Shown here piece after piece: positions 28,559-38,361 of a DNA stretch of 64,000 bases. The notes below the pieces were generated by a model, which had not been told where the DNA came from, did not search any database, and saw nothing but the letters and a program-made list of their open reading frames with translations. Every line of letters begins with the position of its first letter. Positions within the stretch are counted from its first letter, which is position 1. The DNA comes from an uncultured Gemmatimonadales bacterium (GTDB lineage Bacteria > Gemmatimonadota > Gemmatimonadetes > Gemmatimonadales > Gemmatimonadaceae), in contig CAWBZV010000002.1 in NCBI GenBank assembly GCA_963793305.1, positions 544,001 to 608,000 on the forward strand. The letters are read 5' to 3'. Both the position numbers and the translations under genes were made by a program.

Positions 28559-30160
28559 ATGCCTGAAACGACTGAAACACCGACACAGCGCATCGAGCGC
28601 ATCAAACGCGAGAAAGCGTCCTGGTCGATCCTGGACGATATTCGTCGCTACTCCACGCTCGGCTACGACGCCATTCCGGACGACGACCTGAACGTCCGGT
28701 TCCGTGCGTGGGGCCTGTATACGCAGGGCGATGGCCTTGGCGTGCATGGCGAAGCCACGCGCTTTTTTATGATGCGCGTGCGGACGCCCAACGGCATCGT
28801 GACGTCGGCGATGGCGCGTACGATCGCCGATCTCTCCGATCGCTATGCGCGCGGTTCGCTCGACATCACGAATCGACAGAACTTCCAGCTGCATTGGCTT
28901 CGCATCGAGGACATCCCGACGGTGTGGGATGCTCTCGCGGCTGTCGGTTGGACGAGCATGGGCGCATGCGGCGACAACACGCGTACGGTCACGGGTTGTC
29001 CGCTCGCCGGCGTCGACGCCGCGGAGATCGCCGATGCCTCGCCGATTGCCGTGCAGATCGACCAGCGGATGAATGGCAATCCGCTGTACGCGAACTTTCC
29101 GCGCAAATTCAAAATCTCGGTCACGGGCTGCGCGCATTGGTGCACATATCCCGAGATCAACGACATTGGATTGACGGCCGTGCGACGCGGCGACGAGATC
29201 GGGTTCAGCTTGCGTGTCGGCGGCGGTCTTTCGACCCGCCCCCGACTCGGCGATCGACTCAACGTCTTCGTGCCGTGGGACGCCGTGCCCGATGTCGTCG
29301 ACGCCGTCGCCGCCATCTTCCGCGACTCCGACGAGTTGCGCGTGCAGCGCGCGAAAGCGCGTATGAAATTCTTATTTCTCACGCATGGCTGGACGCCCGA
29401 TCGATTTCTGGTCGAGCTCACCCATCGGCTAGGCTACGCGCTCAGCCCCGCGGTCCCAGAAGTGCCGCCGGACGGCTCATTCCGCGATCACGTCGGGGTG
29501 CATCCGGAAAAGAGTGGGGCATCATTCTACGCGGGATTCACGGTCGCGTCGGGTCGCATCTCTCCGGATGCCCTTCGTTCTCTCGCCTCGCTCGCGGACG
29601 AATATGGCACTGGATCGCTGCGCACCACCGCGATGCAGAACGTGGTCGTGCTCGGCATCCCGGCGGAGCGGCTCGGCGCATTTCAACGGGCGGCTGCGCG
29701 GAGCGCGGCGCCACCACTGGAAGGGTCGCCGTTCCGTCGTGGGATACTCGCGTGCACCGGTTCCGAGTATTGCAAGCTCGCCGTGGCCGAGACGAAGCGG
29801 TTCAGCCTGGATCTCATACCGGAGCTCGAGCGCCGACTCCCGGGATTTCAGTCGCACGTGAAGATTTTTGTCACGGGCTGTCCGAACGCGTGCGGCCAAC
29901 ATTGGATAGCGGATATTGGGCTGCAGGGCGCCGCGGACGGCTTTGACATATTCATCGGTGGCGGGCTCGGCGCGACGCCGGGATTCGCCGACCGGATCGG
30001 AGTCCGCGTCGCGGCAGCCGAGACGGCGGATGCATTGGAGACGCTGTTCCGCGAGTACCTGGGCGGCCGTGCAGGCGACGAGACGTTCCGAGCATGGACC
30101 GCACGCGTCGGCCCAGATTACGTCAAGACCGCGCTCGCGATGGCTCGATCACAACCATGA
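28559..30160 (+). CDS. Siroheme-[4Fe-4S] sulfite/nitrite reductase (CysI/Sir-like)
   Basis: FMMRVR, TNRQNFQLH, FPRKFKISVTGC, ACTGSEYC and TGCPNACG cluster ligands. Sulfite specificity is inferred from the Cys leader. Confidence 0.9.
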   Translation: MPETTETPTQRIERIKREKASWSILDDIRRYSTLGYDAIPDDDLNVRFRAWGLYTQGDGLGVHGEATRFFMMRVRTPNGIVTSAMARTIADLSDRYARGSLDITNRQNFQLHWLRIEDIPTVWDALAAVGWTSMGACGDNTRTVTGCPLAGVDAAEIADASPIAVQIDQRMNGNPLYANFPRKFKISVTGCAHWCTYPEINDIGLTAVRRGDEIGFSLRVGGGLSTRPRLGDRLNVFVPWDAVPDVVDAVAAIFRDSDELRVQRAKARMKFLFLTHGWTPDRFLVELTHRLGYALSPAVPEVPPDGSFRDHVGVHPEKSGASFYAGFTVASGRISPDALRSLASLADEYGTGSLRTTAMQNVVVLGIPAERLGAFQRAAARSAAPPLEGSPFRRGILACTGSEYCKLAVAETKRFSLDLIPELERRLPGFQSHVKIFVTGCPNACGQHWIADIGLQGAADGFDIFIGGGLGATPGFADRIGVRVAAAETADALETLFREYLGGRAGDETFRAWTARVGPDYVKTALAMARSQP

Positions 30161-30692
30161 TGAACCGCAGGGGGCCTTTCCCCACGTTCGCGTACCGATG
30201 TGGCCGATCGGCGCGAAAAACCAGAGAGTCCCCCCGCGCCATGCTATGCGTGTCGGCGCCGAGCGTCAGCGTGAGACTCCCGGCGAGGGCGTAGAGCATC
30301 TCGCGTGACCCGGGTGGGTGCGCGGCGCCATCGTATCCATCGCCTGGCGCGATGCGCCAATCCCATACCTCGGACTGATCCGATCCGATCAGCAGCGTCG
30401 CGACGCTGCCCGGAAGCCCGTGCCACAACTCGGCGGCGTCGGCCGCGCGCACGACGCGCACGGGCGGCGACTCGTCGACCTCGACCAGCCGGGGGACGGA
30501 GACCCCGAGCGCATCGGCAATGCGGCACAGGGTCGCAATGCTCGGGTTGGTCCGCGCTTGCTCGATTTGCACGAGCATGCCTTTGCTGACGCCCGAGCGT
30601 GTCGCCAGCGTGTCGAGCGTCCACGACCGCCGCGTGCGCAGCGCGTGCACCGTGCGCGCGATCGCCGCCGCGATGGCGTCAGGGTCGGTCAT
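30123..30692 (-). CDS. XRE-family HTH regulator with cupin sensor
   Basis: WTLDTLATRSGVSKGMLVQIEQARTNPSIATL and cupin motifs (HPPGSRE, DRPHRYAN). Confidence 0.92.
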   Translation of the reverse strand: MTDPDAIAAAIARTVHALRTRRSWTLDTLATRSGVSKGMLVQIEQARTNPSIATLCRIADALGVSVPRLVEVDESPPVRVVRAADAAELWHGLPGSVATLLIGSDQSEVWDWRIAPGDGYDGAAHPPGSREMLYALAGSLTLTLGADTHSMARGDSLVFRADRPHRYANVGKGPLRFIMVVIEPSRARS

Positions 30693-30698
30693 CGAGCC

Positions 30699-30731
30699 TC
30701 AGTATACTGACCATAAATGTCAGTATATATT
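30699..30731. promoter_or_regulatory. Putative operator(s) between the divergent regulator and EamA genes
   Basis: Perfect palindrome TCAGTATACTGA (30699-30710). TCAGTATA repeats 21 bp later. Overlaps TATACT and TATATT -10-like hexamers. Confidence 0.7.
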
Positions 30732-30737
30732 ACCGCC

Positions 30738-31571
30738 ATGGCCCCACTGCTCGCCATACTCGCCTCGATCTGCTACGGCGGCGCGGACTTCCTCGGCGGG
30801 CTCGCCAGCCGAAAGAGCTCGGCGCTCGCGGTCGCCGCCGTCTCACAGTTCGTGGGTCTCGCGCCCCTCGCGATCGCGATGCTCGTGGCGGGCCCGAGTA
30901 CGCCGAGCACCGCCGACCTCGCGTGGGGCGCTGCCGCCGGCTTAGCGGGAGCCGCGGCGCTCGCCCTTTTTTTCAAGGCGCTCACGCTCGGACGCATGAG
31001 CGTGATGGCGCCCGTTGCTTCGGCGACGGGCGCCGCGGTCGCCGTGCTCATTGGCTTCGCTCTCGGCGAGCGACCCGGGCCCCTCGTGCTCGCCGGGTTC
31101 GCACTCGCGGTCGTGTCGATCGTGCTCGTCGCTCAAGACCGATCGGGCCCCGACGGGTCGACCGAGCGTGGCGTGCTCACCGCGCTCGCGTGCGGCATCG
31201 CGCTCGGCGCGTGGTACACGTGCTTGCACCCAACGTCGATCGCCGCCGGTCTCTGGCCACTGGTGATGGCCCGAGCGGTATCGCTGCCGCTCCTGGCTCT
31301 GGCGACCCGATTGAGGGGCCGGTCGCTGCGCCTCCCGAGAGACGTGATGGCTATCGCGCTGCCGTCGGGCACGCTCGACATCATCGCGAACGTCTGCTAT
31401 CTGATCGCCGTGCGACAGGGTATGCTGAGCGTCGTCGCGACGCTCGCCTCCCTCAACCCCATCGTGACCGTCGCCCTCGCCTGGTCGGTCCTGCACGAGC
31501 GCCTGCGCCCCGCCCAGTATCTCGGACTCGCCTTGGGCATCGCCGCGATGGCGATGATCTCATTGGGCTAG
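30738..31571 (+). CDS. EamA/DMT family transporter
   Basis: About 10 TM helices, YGGADFLGG, GRMSVMAP, LASLNP..T..LA...LHERL. Confidence 0.9.
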   Translation: MAPLLAILASICYGGADFLGGLASRKSSALAVAAVSQFVGLAPLAIAMLVAGPSTPSTADLAWGAAAGLAGAAALALFFKALTLGRMSVMAPVASATGAAVAVLIGFALGERPGPLVLAGFALAVVSIVLVAQDRSGPDGSTERGVLTALACGIALGAWYTCLHPTSIAAGLWPLVMARAVSLPLLALATRLRGRSLRLPRDVMAIALPSGTLDIIANVCYLIAVRQGMLSVVATLASLNPIVTVALAWSVLHERLRPAQYLGLALGIAAMAMISLG

Positions 31572-32483
31572 GTAGGGCTCCATGTGGACTAATACGCCCT
31601 GCACGAAAGGCGCGACCGCCAGGATCGCGCCCTTGACCGAGCCGCTGAGCTCGTGCGCGTCATGAAGCGACATGTGCGGGTCCGCCTGCACATGTATCTC
31701 GACGAAGTATCCGAGTCCCGACCGTCGCATTTTCAAGTTCTCGATCATGCGCACGCCGGCGGTCGACATCGCGGCCTCGCGAACGCGATCGATCAGCGCG
31801 GGACTCGGCGCGGTGTCCATGAGATCGGCGAGCGCCGGCCGCAGCATGTGCGCGCCGTTGTACGCGACGATGCCGGCGGCGACCAGCGCTGCCCAGTCGT
31901 CGGCAGACTCCCATCCGCGTCCCCCGATCACGTGGCCACCGATCAGCGCGACCGCGATCCCGATAGACGCCGCGCCCGAGCTGACGGCGTCGCTCAGGTG
32001 ATGCCACGCATCCGCGCGAATGACCGTGCTGCCGATGGCCGTCCCGACGTCGTTCACGCGCCGGTAGAGGTAGATCTTCACGACGAACGCGATCCCCGCC
32101 ACGGCCAGCGTGAACGGCTCGGGCAGACGATGGGGGGTTTGGATCAAATGGACGGCGCCGGCCGCGATCGCGATCGCCGCCGCGATCAGCAGCAGCGCGA
32201 CCGCCATGCTGGCGAGCGGCTCCGCCTTGCCGTGACCAAACGGGTGGTTCTCGTCCGCCGGCTGCGCGGCGACGTACAGTCCGAACCAGACAATGAGCGA
32301 CGACAGGATGTCGCTCGACGACTCGGCCGCATCGGCCACGAGCGCGTACGAGTGTCCGAGGACGCCCGCCGCGAGCTTGACCAGGACGAGGCCGATGTTC
32401 GCGGCCAACCCGGTTTGCGTGGATCGGATGCCCTGTTCTGCTCTCGCCTGCAGGAGACCCGACTGCGCTCGCGCGGACATCAT
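31560..32483 (-). CDS. Cation diffusion facilitator (FieF-like)
   Basis: SYALVADA, HPFGHGKAE, ADAWHHLSD, HDAH, VHMEP. Confidence 0.92.
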   Translation of the reverse strand: MMSARAQSGLLQARAEQGIRSTQTGLAANIGLVLVKLAAGVLGHSYALVADAAESSSDILSSLIVWFGLYVAAQPADENHPFGHGKAEPLASMAVALLLIAAAIAIAAGAVHLIQTPHRLPEPFTLAVAGIAFVVKIYLYRRVNDVGTAIGSTVIRADAWHHLSDAVSSGAASIGIAVALIGGHVIGGRGWESADDWAALVAAGIVAYNGAHMLRPALADLMDTAPSPALIDRVREAAMSTAGVRMIENLKMRRSGLGYFVEIHVQADPHMSLHDAHELSGSVKGAILAVAPFVQGVLVHMEPYLAQ

Positions 32484-32530
32484 CCTCCAAATCTTGACGC
32501 CACGGTCAGGCGCCCGCTAGCCTCCCTTCC

Positions 32531-33499
32531 ATGACTGTCTCAGCCTTCCTGAAAGAGCACTTCCGGCACTTCAACGCCGCCGCCTTGATGGACGCCGCCG
32601 AGGGATATCGGCGGCACCTCGATTCCGGTGGCAGCATGCTCGTCACGTTGGCCGGCGCCATGAGCACGGCCGAGCTGGGGCGGTCCTTGGCGGAAATGAT
32701 CCGCAAGGGCAAGGTGCAGGGGATCGCCTGCACGGGGGCGAATCTCGAAGAAGACGTGTTCAACCTGGTCGCCCACAAACACTACACGCGCGTCCCGAAT
32801 TACCGCGATCTGACGCCCGCTGACGAGCAGAAGCTCCTCGAGCGGCACATGAACCGGGTCACGGACACGTGCATCCCGGAGGCCGAGGCGATGCGGCGGA
32901 TCGAGCGCGCGGTGCTCGAGGAATGGGTCAAAGCGGATCGCGAGGGCAAGCGCTATTTCCCGCACGAGTTCATGTATCGCATCCTGCGCAGCGGCGTGCT
33001 CAAGAGCGAGTACGAGATCGACCCGAAAGACTCGTGGCTGTTGGCTGCCGCCGAGCGGGACCTGCCGATGTTCGTTCCCGGTTGGGAGGATTCGACGCTG
33101 GGCAACATGTACGCGGGCCACTGTATCTCCGGCGACGTGTGCAACGTGCACACAGTGCGCACGGGCATCGAGTACATGATCAAGTTGGCGGACTGGTATC
33201 AGACAACGTCCGCTAAGTCCTCGATCGGTTTCTTCCAGATCGGCGGCGGCATCGCGGGCGATTTTCCCATCTGCGTCGTGCCCATGCTGCACCAAGATCT
33301 GCAGCGGCCCGAGGTTCCACTCTGGGGCTACTTCTGCCAGATCTCGGATTCCACGACTTCGTACGGATCGTACTCCGGGGCTGTCCCCAACGAGAAGATC
33401 ACCTGGGGCAAGCTCGGCGTGGACACGCCCAAGTTCATCATCGAGTCCGACGCCTCGATCGTCGCTCCCCTCGTCTTCGCCCTCGTACTCGACTGGTAG
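32531..33499 (+). CDS. Deoxyhypusine synthase-like protein (probable homospermidine synthase)
   Basis: TLAGAMS, TGANLEED, IGGGIAGDF, SYSGAVPNEKITWGK with the catalytic Lys, ESDASI. Confidence 0.9.
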   Translation: MTVSAFLKEHFRHFNAAALMDAAEGYRRHLDSGGSMLVTLAGAMSTAELGRSLAEMIRKGKVQGIACTGANLEEDVFNLVAHKHYTRVPNYRDLTPADEQKLLERHMNRVTDTCIPEAEAMRRIERAVLEEWVKADREGKRYFPHEFMYRILRSGVLKSEYEIDPKDSWLLAAAERDLPMFVPGWEDSTLGNMYAGHCISGDVCNVHTVRTGIEYMIKLADWYQTTSAKSSIGFFQIGGGIAGDFPICVVPMLHQDLQRPEVPLWGYFCQISDSTTSYGSYSGAVPNEKITWGKLGVDTPKFIIESDASIVAPLVFALVLDW

Positions 33500-33503
33500 C
33501 GCG

Positions 33504-35114
33504 TTACGGGTATCGCCAAGCGTACGTGACGCTGAGTTGTGTCTGGGCGTAGTACGCAGCCGGCGAGGGCACGTTGTTCGCGTTCGTGATCCGCGCGAGC
33601 TGCACGCTGAGCGTGATCGGCAGGATGCGAGTCAGTAGCCGAGCCGAGAGATCGCCGAGGTAGGCAGTTTGCACGGGATGCCCGGGCTCGTTCGTCGGAA
33701 ACGGCGGGTTTCCGACGTTGACTGGCGAGACCGCGGGCCGGGTGTCGATGCGCAGCAGCCCGCGACGCCAACGGCCGATATCAGCGCTGATGCAAAGAAG
33801 ACCCGTGGGGAAGGCCTCGGCCCCAAGCCGGAGATAGTCGGCGTCGGGCCCGAGCTGAGACCCGATCGGCTCGTTCCAGAACTGCTGGACCTCGAAATAG
33901 TACTTCCGCATGTACAGGTAGCTGTCCGATCGATCGTACTCGACCTCGGCGTCGATCGGGACCAATGCCAAGATGGGAATCGGGGTATCGGCCACGAGGC
34001 GCCAGCCAAGTTGGTCCGGTGTCTTCGCCCTATCGGCCGCATCGATCTGGATGTCGTCGACGAAGAGCTCACCGGCCAGCGTCACGGGGCCAAGGCGCGT
34101 TCGCAGGGCAAAGAAGTCGATGAGGTTATCTCTCGCGTCGTCGCCGGTGCGTCCCGTGTCGTGCTGGATGATGAGATAGGGCAGGAACGGGTCGACATAG
34201 AGCAGATCGGGCGCTCGCGAACCGCGGGACGAGACCGCGGTCTCGCCAATCGTGAGCTCCAACATGCGGTCTGGTCGCCAGGTGATCTCGTGCGCGAACA
34301 GCCAGCGGTAGAAGTGGAGCGGCTGGAGCCCTGAGGCCAACCCATCGTGGGCCGAATCCAGCGTGACGTCGTTCAGCAGCCCGGCGTACGCCCGCCCTTC
34401 GAAGTGGGCCGTTCGGAACCCAAAGGCGAGGCGATCGATCGGCGGTCCGTTGGCCGAGAGCGCATACGAATCGTTCCCGGAGCCCAGCCAGGCCTCTCGA
34501 CCACGGCCGAGGGTCGCGTAGAAGGCTCCGGCGCCGGCCGCGATGTACGTCTCGTCGAGGTTCGCCGCGACCTTGTTCTTGAGCCCCTCATCAGCCGGGA
34601 GGGTGGGATCGTTCCTCCCGCTCGTTTCGACGAAGCCCGAAACGACGACCGCGACGTGCTGTCCGTCGCTCCAGGTCACGCGCGGCTCCAGGACGCCGAC
34701 GAGCGGCGGCGTCCCGTCATCGGTTGGTCGTACGTTCTCCCAAAGAGGACGGAAGACCCCGTTTGACAGTCCTGTCGCGCGGACAGTCGCGGCCGCGCCG
34801 CCTCGCAGAGCTGGCATAGTGTCAGCCGGCGCGGGCGCGAATCGTGCACGCAACGCATTCAAAAGGGGTCCGACACATTGACGTTGCGTTCTGGCAGCTT
34901 CGAGCGCGGACCGTATCGCGCCGACCTCGTATGGTCGATTGGGCGAGACACGGGCGGCCGCGCAGCCGAGTCGCTCGAGTGCGGCGAGTTGCGTATAGGC
35001 GGGATCGTCGAGCGGAAGAGTGACGAGGCCGGACTGCGCGTGAGCGAAGTCGGGGAAGCTGAGCGCGGGGAGCGCGGCGAGCGCGATGAGCGCGAAGTGG
35101 GTCCCGAGGGCCAT
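33504..35114 (-). CDS. Capsule assembly Wzi-like outer-membrane protein
   Basis: Signal peptide AHAQ, LPLDDPAY N-terminal helices, GRGREAWLG...LSANGPP, IGETAV, GELFVDD, LGPDAD. Confidence 0.7.
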   Translation of the reverse strand: MALGTHFALIALAALPALSFPDFAHAQSGLVTLPLDDPAYTQLAALERLGCAAARVSPNRPYEVGAIRSALEAARTQRQCVGPLLNALRARFAPAPADTMPALRGGAAATVRATGLSNGVFRPLWENVRPTDDGTPPLVGVLEPRVTWSDGQHVAVVVSGFVETSGRNDPTLPADEGLKNKVAANLDETYIAAGAGAFYATLGRGREAWLGSGNDSYALSANGPPIDRLAFGFRTAHFEGRAYAGLLNDVTLDSAHDGLASGLQPLHFYRWLFAHEITWRPDRMLELTIGETAVSSRGSRAPDLLYVDPFLPYLIIQHDTGRTGDDARDNLIDFFALRTRLGPVTLAGELFVDDIQIDAADRAKTPDQLGWRLVADTPIPILALVPIDAEVEYDRSDSYLYMRKYYFEVQQFWNEPIGSQLGPDADYLRLGAEAFPTGLLCISADIGRWRRGLLRIDTRPAVSPVNVGNPPFPTNEPGHPVQTAYLGDLSARLLTRILPITLSVQLARITNANNVPSPAAYYAQTQLSVTYAWRYP

Positions 35115-35257
35115 GAGGTCCGGTTACGACTCAATCTATGACGACGTTCCTATTCGGTCACGGTGGAACCCAACGTTCCGGTGTGGGTAGCGGCATGCTA
35201 GCGTGGGGAGATACCGCTACTTTGCTGGCACCCCACGTGTCATTTACCTCATCCCTC

Positions 35258-38200
35258 ATGCACTCGCGGACCACGCGCCTCATCGTGCTGGCGGCTATCG
35301 CCCTGATGCTTCCGGGGGCGGTGCGCGCCCAGTACTTCGGAGAGAACAAGGTGGCCTACCGGAATTTCGATTTCCGGGAGATGCACACCCCTCACTTCGA
35401 TATCTACTACTACACCGCGGAGTCCTTGGCCACCGCGGACGTGGCTCGCATGGCCGAACGATGGTATGAGCGCCATTCGGCAACGCTGCGCGACACGTTC
35501 CCCAAGAAGCCGATCGTGCTGTTCTCGGATCCGCCGGCGTTCTCGCAACAGAATATCGCCTACATCCCGCTCGGCGGTCCCGTCGGCGGCGTGACGGAGC
35601 CCATCCGGAATCGCGCGATCATTCCGATGAGCCCCGACTATCATCAGACCGACCACGTGCTCGGCCACGAGTTGGTGCACACCTTCCAGTTCGATATCGC
35701 CGAGAATATCCGTGGGCCGGGTGGTGGCGGGATCGGCGCGTTCGAGCGCATTCCGCTGTGGGCCACCGAAGGCATGGCCGAGTATCTCTCGATCGGCCGC
35801 GATGACCCGAACTCGGCCATGTATCTGCGCGACGCCGTGTTGCGGAACGACATCCCGGCCCTCCGCAGGCTCGGACGGGGCAACTACTTCATCTATCGGT
35901 GGGGCCAGATCTTCTGGGCGTACGTCGGTGGCAAGTACGGGGACGATGTGATCCCGCGGCTTTTCCGTCAGGCGCTGCGCACGGGCTTCGAGCCCGCGGT
36001 CCGGAACGTCCTCGGGATGTCCAGCGACTCGCTGAGCCGGGAGATGGCGGCTGCCATCCGCCGCGAGGTCACCCCGCAGCTCAATGGACTCGTCCGTCCC
36101 GAGAACGTCGGCGATCGCCCGCTGCAGCCGATGAGCCGGCGGTTCGGCGACATCGACGTCGGGCCGGCCTTGAGCCCTGACGGCAAGTACGTCTCGTTCT
36201 TCACGCAACGTGGTCTGTTCCAGATCGATCTCTACGTAGCCGATGTCGAGACGGGCCGGATCGTGCACAAGCTGACCAGCATCAACTCCAACCCGCACTA
36301 CGACGCCTTGAATTTCGGCGGCTCGGCCGGGTCGTGGTCACCCGATGGCCAGCGCCTCGCGGTGGGTGTCTACGCGAAGGGCAAGGAAATGATCGGGATC
36401 TTCAATGTCCAACATGGCGGCTTGGAGCGGAAGATCGACATTCCCGAAGTCACGACGGCCGAGGACATCTCGTGGGGCGTCGACGACAAGTTGGCGTTCT
36501 CCGGCAACCACGGCGGCATCACGGACTTGTACGTGTATGATCTCAAGACCGGGAAAACGACGCAGCTCACGGATGACCGGTTCGCGCAGATTCAGCCAGC
36601 ATGGTCGCCAGATGGCAAGTACATCGCCTATGTGACGGACAGCGGCACGACGGACATGAACAAGCTGGCGTGGGGTCCGCTCCACGTCATGATCCGCGAC
36701 ATGACGACGGGAACGTCGCGCATGCTGCCGACGTTCCCGAACGCCAAGGCGATCAATCCGCAGTGGACGCCCGACGGCAAGGGCATCTACTTCGTCGCCG
36801 ACCGGAATGGCATTCCCGACATTTATCGCGAGAACATCGAGACGGGCGAGATCACCCAGATCACCCGAATCGCGACGGGCGTGACGGGCATCCTGCCCAT
36901 GTCGGCTACGATGACGGTGGCGCGCACCAGCGGCCGGATCATGTTCGACGTGTTCGCCCGTGAGGGATACGAGCTGCACCGCTTGGATCCGGAAGCCGCG
37001 GCCGGCACGCCGCTGATCGCTGGGCAAGGTGACACGACCTCGGTCGGCGTCCTGCCGCCGACGGATGTGCCAGGCGGCGGGGCAGTGACCGCCCGCATTG
37101 CCAATGCCAGCACGGCGCTGCCACCGGAGCACGATTTTCCGACCGGGCCGTATCATCCCTCGTTCGGGCTGGAGTACCTCGGCTCGCCAGGCGTGGGTGT
37201 GGCCGTCGGGGGGCCGTTCGGCAGCGGACTCGCCGGTGGCGTCTCGGCGTATTTCGGCGATCAGCTGGAGAACAACGTCCTCGCCGCGCAGCTCGCCGGG
37301 TCTGGGCAGATCCAGGACTTCGGCGGCGAGGTCTTGTACATCAATCAGGCGCACCGCCTCATCTTTGGCGCCAGCGTCGGTCACATTCCGTACTTGACTG
37401 GTGGGACGTTCGTGAGCGACACGACGCTGCCGACGTCCGGCGGCGGGTCGGCCCCAGGGCAAGTCATCCACGAGGTCTTCGAGCGCGCGTTCTATGAGAC
37501 CGGGACATTGTTCGCCCAATACCCGTTCTCACAGTACCGGCGTCTCGAGTTGAGTGCGGGATATACGTACCTGCACTATCAGATCACGCAGGACGAGTAC
37601 ATCACCGACAATTTCGGGAACATCCTGACCGCGAATTACAACCAGGGGTTCCCGGGCACGCCGCCCGGGCTCAGTCTCTGGCAGACGAGCATTGCGTATG
37701 CGACCGACTACACGACGTTCGGGTTCACCTCGCCGATCGCCGGCGCGCGATATCGATTCGAGGTCGATCCGACATTCGGTAACCTCCTGTATACGACCGT
37801 GCTGGCCGATTACCGGCGGTACATCTTCGCCAATCCGGTGACCTTCGCGTTCCGGTTGACTCACTACGGGCGGTATGGTCGCGACGCCGAAGATTCGTCG
37901 ACGCTCTTTCCGTTGTACGTCGGCGATCCGTATTTCATCCGCGGGTACGATTACAACACGATCAACATCAACGAGTGTCAGGGGCCGACCGTGGCGAACG
38001 GCGGCTGCCCGGTGCTCGACCGGTTGTTCGGCAGCAAGATCGCCGCGGCGAACTTCGAGATCCGGTTCCCGCTGACCGGTGTCGCGCAATACGGGTTGAT
38101 CAACTTCCCCTATCTGCCGATCAACGTCGCGCCGTTCGTCGACGCGGGCGTCGCGTGGTACAACCACGATACGCCGGTGTTCAAGTTCTCCGAGACCTCG

Positions 38201-38350
38201 AGCCAGCGCATTCCGGTGTTCTCCAGCGGCATCAGCACCCGCATCAACGTGCTCGGCTACATCGTCGCCGAGGTCTTCTGGGCCTATCCGTTCCAGCGAC
38301 CTATGCAGAAATCCGGGATCTGGGGTTTCCAGATTCTCCCAGGCTGGTGA
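35258..38350 (+). CDS. Secreted multidomain protein: zinc-peptidase-like domain, PD40 propeller and Omp85/BamA-type barrel
   Basis: Signal peptide RAQYFG, HELVH...EGMAEY, repeated SPDG/WSPDG/WTPDG, IRGY Omp85 loop motif, C-terminal Trp. Confidence 0.85.
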   Translation: MHSRTTRLIVLAAIALMLPGAVRAQYFGENKVAYRNFDFREMHTPHFDIYYYTAESLATADVARMAERWYERHSATLRDTFPKKPIVLFSDPPAFSQQNIAYIPLGGPVGGVTEPIRNRAIIPMSPDYHQTDHVLGHELVHTFQFDIAENIRGPGGGGIGAFERIPLWATEGMAEYLSIGRDDPNSAMYLRDAVLRNDIPALRRLGRGNYFIYRWGQIFWAYVGGKYGDDVIPRLFRQALRTGFEPAVRNVLGMSSDSLSREMAAAIRREVTPQLNGLVRPENVGDRPLQPMSRRFGDIDVGPALSPDGKYVSFFTQRGLFQIDLYVADVETGRIVHKLTSINSNPHYDALNFGGSAGSWSPDGQRLAVGVYAKGKEMIGIFNVQHGGLERKIDIPEVTTAEDISWGVDDKLAFSGNHGGITDLYVYDLKTGKTTQLTDDRFAQIQPAWSPDGKYIAYVTDSGTTDMNKLAWGPLHVMIRDMTTGTSRMLPTFPNAKAINPQWTPDGKGIYFVADRNGIPDIYRENIETGEITQITRIATGVTGILPMSATMTVARTSGRIMFDVFAREGYELHRLDPEAAAGTPLIAGQGDTTSVGVLPPTDVPGGGAVTARIANASTALPPEHDFPTGPYHPSFGLEYLGSPGVGVAVGGPFGSGLAGGVSAYFGDQLENNVLAAQLAGSGQIQDFGGEVLYINQAHRLIFGASVGHIPYLTGGTFVSDTTLPTSGGGSAPGQVIHEVFERAFYETGTLFAQYPFSQYRRLELSAGYTYLHYQITQDEYITDNFGNILTANYNQGFPGTPPGLSLWQTSIAYATDYTTFGFTSPIAGARYRFEVDPTFGNLLYTTVLADYRRYIFANPVTFAFRLTHYGRYGRDAEDSSTLFPLYVGDPYFIRGYDYNTININECQGPTVANGGCPVLDRLFGSKIAAANFEIRFPLTGVAQYGLINFPYLPINVAPFVDAGVAWYNHDTPVFKFSETSSQRIPVFSSGISTRINVLGYIVAEVFWAYPFQRPMQKSGIWGFQILPGW

Positions 38351-38361
38351 GCAATTTTTCC

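Noticed and set aside
35226..35241. Sigma54 promoter at TGGCAC
   Set aside because: The -12 position reads GTGT, not TTGC.
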